A stretch of 64,000 nt of DNA, taken from assembly GCA_032127075.1 (NCBI GenBank), contig JAQAZZ010000008.1:7724-71723 (forward strand), given 5' to 3'. The first letter of the stretch is position 1; every line of letters starts with the position of its first letter. Below are positions 63,068 through 64,000 of this stretch, piece by piece. The position numbers and the translations under genes are program-made. Under the pieces are notes generated by a model that worked only from the letters and a program-made list of their open reading frames with translations, made no database searches and had not been told where the DNA came from. Source of the DNA: Micrococcales bacterium (GTDB lineage Bacteria > Actinomycetota > Actinomycetes > S36-B12 > GCA-2699445).

Positions 63068-63173
63068 GGTCATGAGTCCCAGCGACAAGCTCCGGCTTGC
63101 TGGGCAGCAACCCTCCGACCGCGGTGGGGTGCTCCGGGTGAGGACCAGGTCGACAAGTCGGCAAGCGCGGGTC
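63068..63173 (+). promoter_or_regulatory. SAM-IV riboswitch aptamer
   Basis: The sequence is GGTCATGAGTCCCAGCGACAAGCTCCGGCTTGCTGGGCAGCAACCCTCCGACCGCGGTGGGGTGCTCCGGGTGAGGACCAGGTCGACAAGTCGGCAAGCGCGGGTC. It matches the remembered SAM-IV consensus blocks. The distal hairpin is shortened. It lies upstream of metY, the typical context. Confidence 0.85.
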
Positions 63174-63206
63174 TTGGTACACAAGGCCCCAGAACAGGTG
63201 GTCACT

Positions 63207-63245
63207 ATGTGTTGTTGTCGAATGATCGGTGTCGCCGGGGCCTGA
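63207..63245 (+). CDS. Candidate poly-cysteine leader peptide MCCCRMIGVAGA
   Basis: The ORF reads atg tgt tgt tgt cga atg atc ggt gtc gcc ggg gcc tga. AGGTGG lies 5 nt upstream. It sits between the SAM-IV aptamer and metY. Confidence 0.45.
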   Translation: MCCCRMIGVAGA

Positions 63246-63411
63246 GCGGCGCTTCACTGCGCTCCCCGGTCGACCGCGTGCGGCACTGCTGCCGTCCACG
63301 CCCATCCAGCGGTCAGATCTGCCCGCTCCATGGCCCCGCGCCGAACCCAGCCAAGAGTCAATCAGCGAAAAATCAGTCACCCTCGAAAACCATCATCAAG
63401 GAGAAGCACCA

Positions 63412-64000
63412 ATGAGCGACGCATGGTCGTTTGAGACCAAACAGATTCACGCCGGCCAGACCCCGGACGAGGCGACCAACGCCCGGGCGCTGCCGATCTA
63501 CCAGACAACTTCGTACACCTTCAACAACACCAACCACGCGGCGGATCTGTTCGCGCTGAAGGAACTCGGCAACATCTACACCCGGATCATGAATCCGACT
63601 CAGGCGGCGGTCGAGGACCGGTTGGCAGCCCTCGAAGGCGGTGTCGGGGCACTGCTGGTCGCCAGCGGGCAGGCAGCAGAGACGCTCGCGATCCTCAACA
63701 TCGCGGAGGCCGGGGACCACCTTGTATCCAGCCCCAGCCTCTACGGTGGCACCTACAACCTCTTTCACTACACGCTGCCGAAGCTCGGCATCGAGGTGAG
63801 TTTCGTCAGCGACCCGGACGATCCGCAGGCTTGGCGGGATGCGGTGCGACCGAACACGAAGCTGTTCTTCGCCGAGACGATCGCCAACCCGAAGAACGAC
63901 GTTCTGGACATCGAGGCGGTGGCGGGGATCGCGCACGAGGCCGGAGTCCCGCTGGTCGTCGACAACACGGTGGCAACGCCCTACCTGATCCAGCCGCTGA
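63412..64000 (+). CDS. metY: O-acetylhomoserine sulfhydrylase (MetY; PLP-dependent), N-terminal part; 3' end lies outside the window
   Basis: Not in the ORF track because it runs off the window edge. AAGGAGAAG precedes ATG 63412. The translation reads MSDAWSFETKQIHAGQTPDEATNARALPIYQTTSYTF...NIYTRIMNPT...SPSLYGGTYNLF... Confidence 0.95.
   Translation, partial: MSDAWSFETKQIHAGQTPDEATNARALPIYQTTSYTFNNTNHAADLFALKELGNIYTRIMNPTQAAVEDRLAALEGGVGALLVASGQAAETLAILNIAEAGDHLVSSPSLYGGTYNLFHYTLPKLGIEVSFVSDPDDPQAWRDAVRPNTKLFFAETIANPKNDVLDIEAVAGIAHEAGVPLVVDNTVATPYLIQPL

Overview
The window is a high-GC (about 68-70%) actinobacterial chromosome segment, possibly from Propionibacteriales, though I cannot place it more precisely. 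It is almost entirely conserved core genome. I found no transposase, integrase, CRISPR array, tRNA/rRNA gene or recognisable defence locus. Gene order, left to right: yvcK(partial)-whiA-gap-pgk-tpiA-secG-rbpA. Then, on the minus strand, tkt-tal-zwf-opcA-pgl. Then ctaB, and a minus-strand chain of ABC ATPase, ABC-2 permease, tyrosine phosphatase and ctaA. An eight-gene overlapping suf operon follows (sufR-B-D-Rieske-C-S-U-T). Next come ABC-F, echA-like, an MsbA-like exporter, SURF1, DUF3099, pmbA/tldD, sixA-like and serB. After those: NfeD/SPFH, trmH-like, an APC permease, a Nudix-like gene coupled to pta-ackA, and an orphan LuxR response regulator. Then miaB, a repeat-containing MT0933-like protein and miaA. 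A PIG-L deacetylase and a GT4 glycosyltransferase sit between miaA and dapF-hflX. The window ends with dinG-like, lexA, a LysM protein, nrdR-nrdJ, a metzincin, DUF4192 and the start of metY. From memory, much of this order mirrors M. tuberculosis Rv1422-Rv1473 and Rv2718c-Rv2727c. The most interesting signals are regulatory rather than a new gene system. (1) A clear SAM-IV riboswitch is followed 34 nt later by a 12-codon poly-cysteine mini-ORF (MCCCRMIGVAGA), then a 166-nt C-rich spacer before metY. (2) Two actinobacterial SOS boxes plus extra half-sites lie between lexA and the LysM gene. (3) A CAAC-N6-GTTG SufR-type operator touches the sufR start codon. (4) The nrdRJ leader carries palindromes and DnaA-box-like 9-mers. 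All protein calls rest on motifs I recognised by eye; no search tool was run. Most other long ORFs in the six-frame track are GC-driven shadow ORFs.
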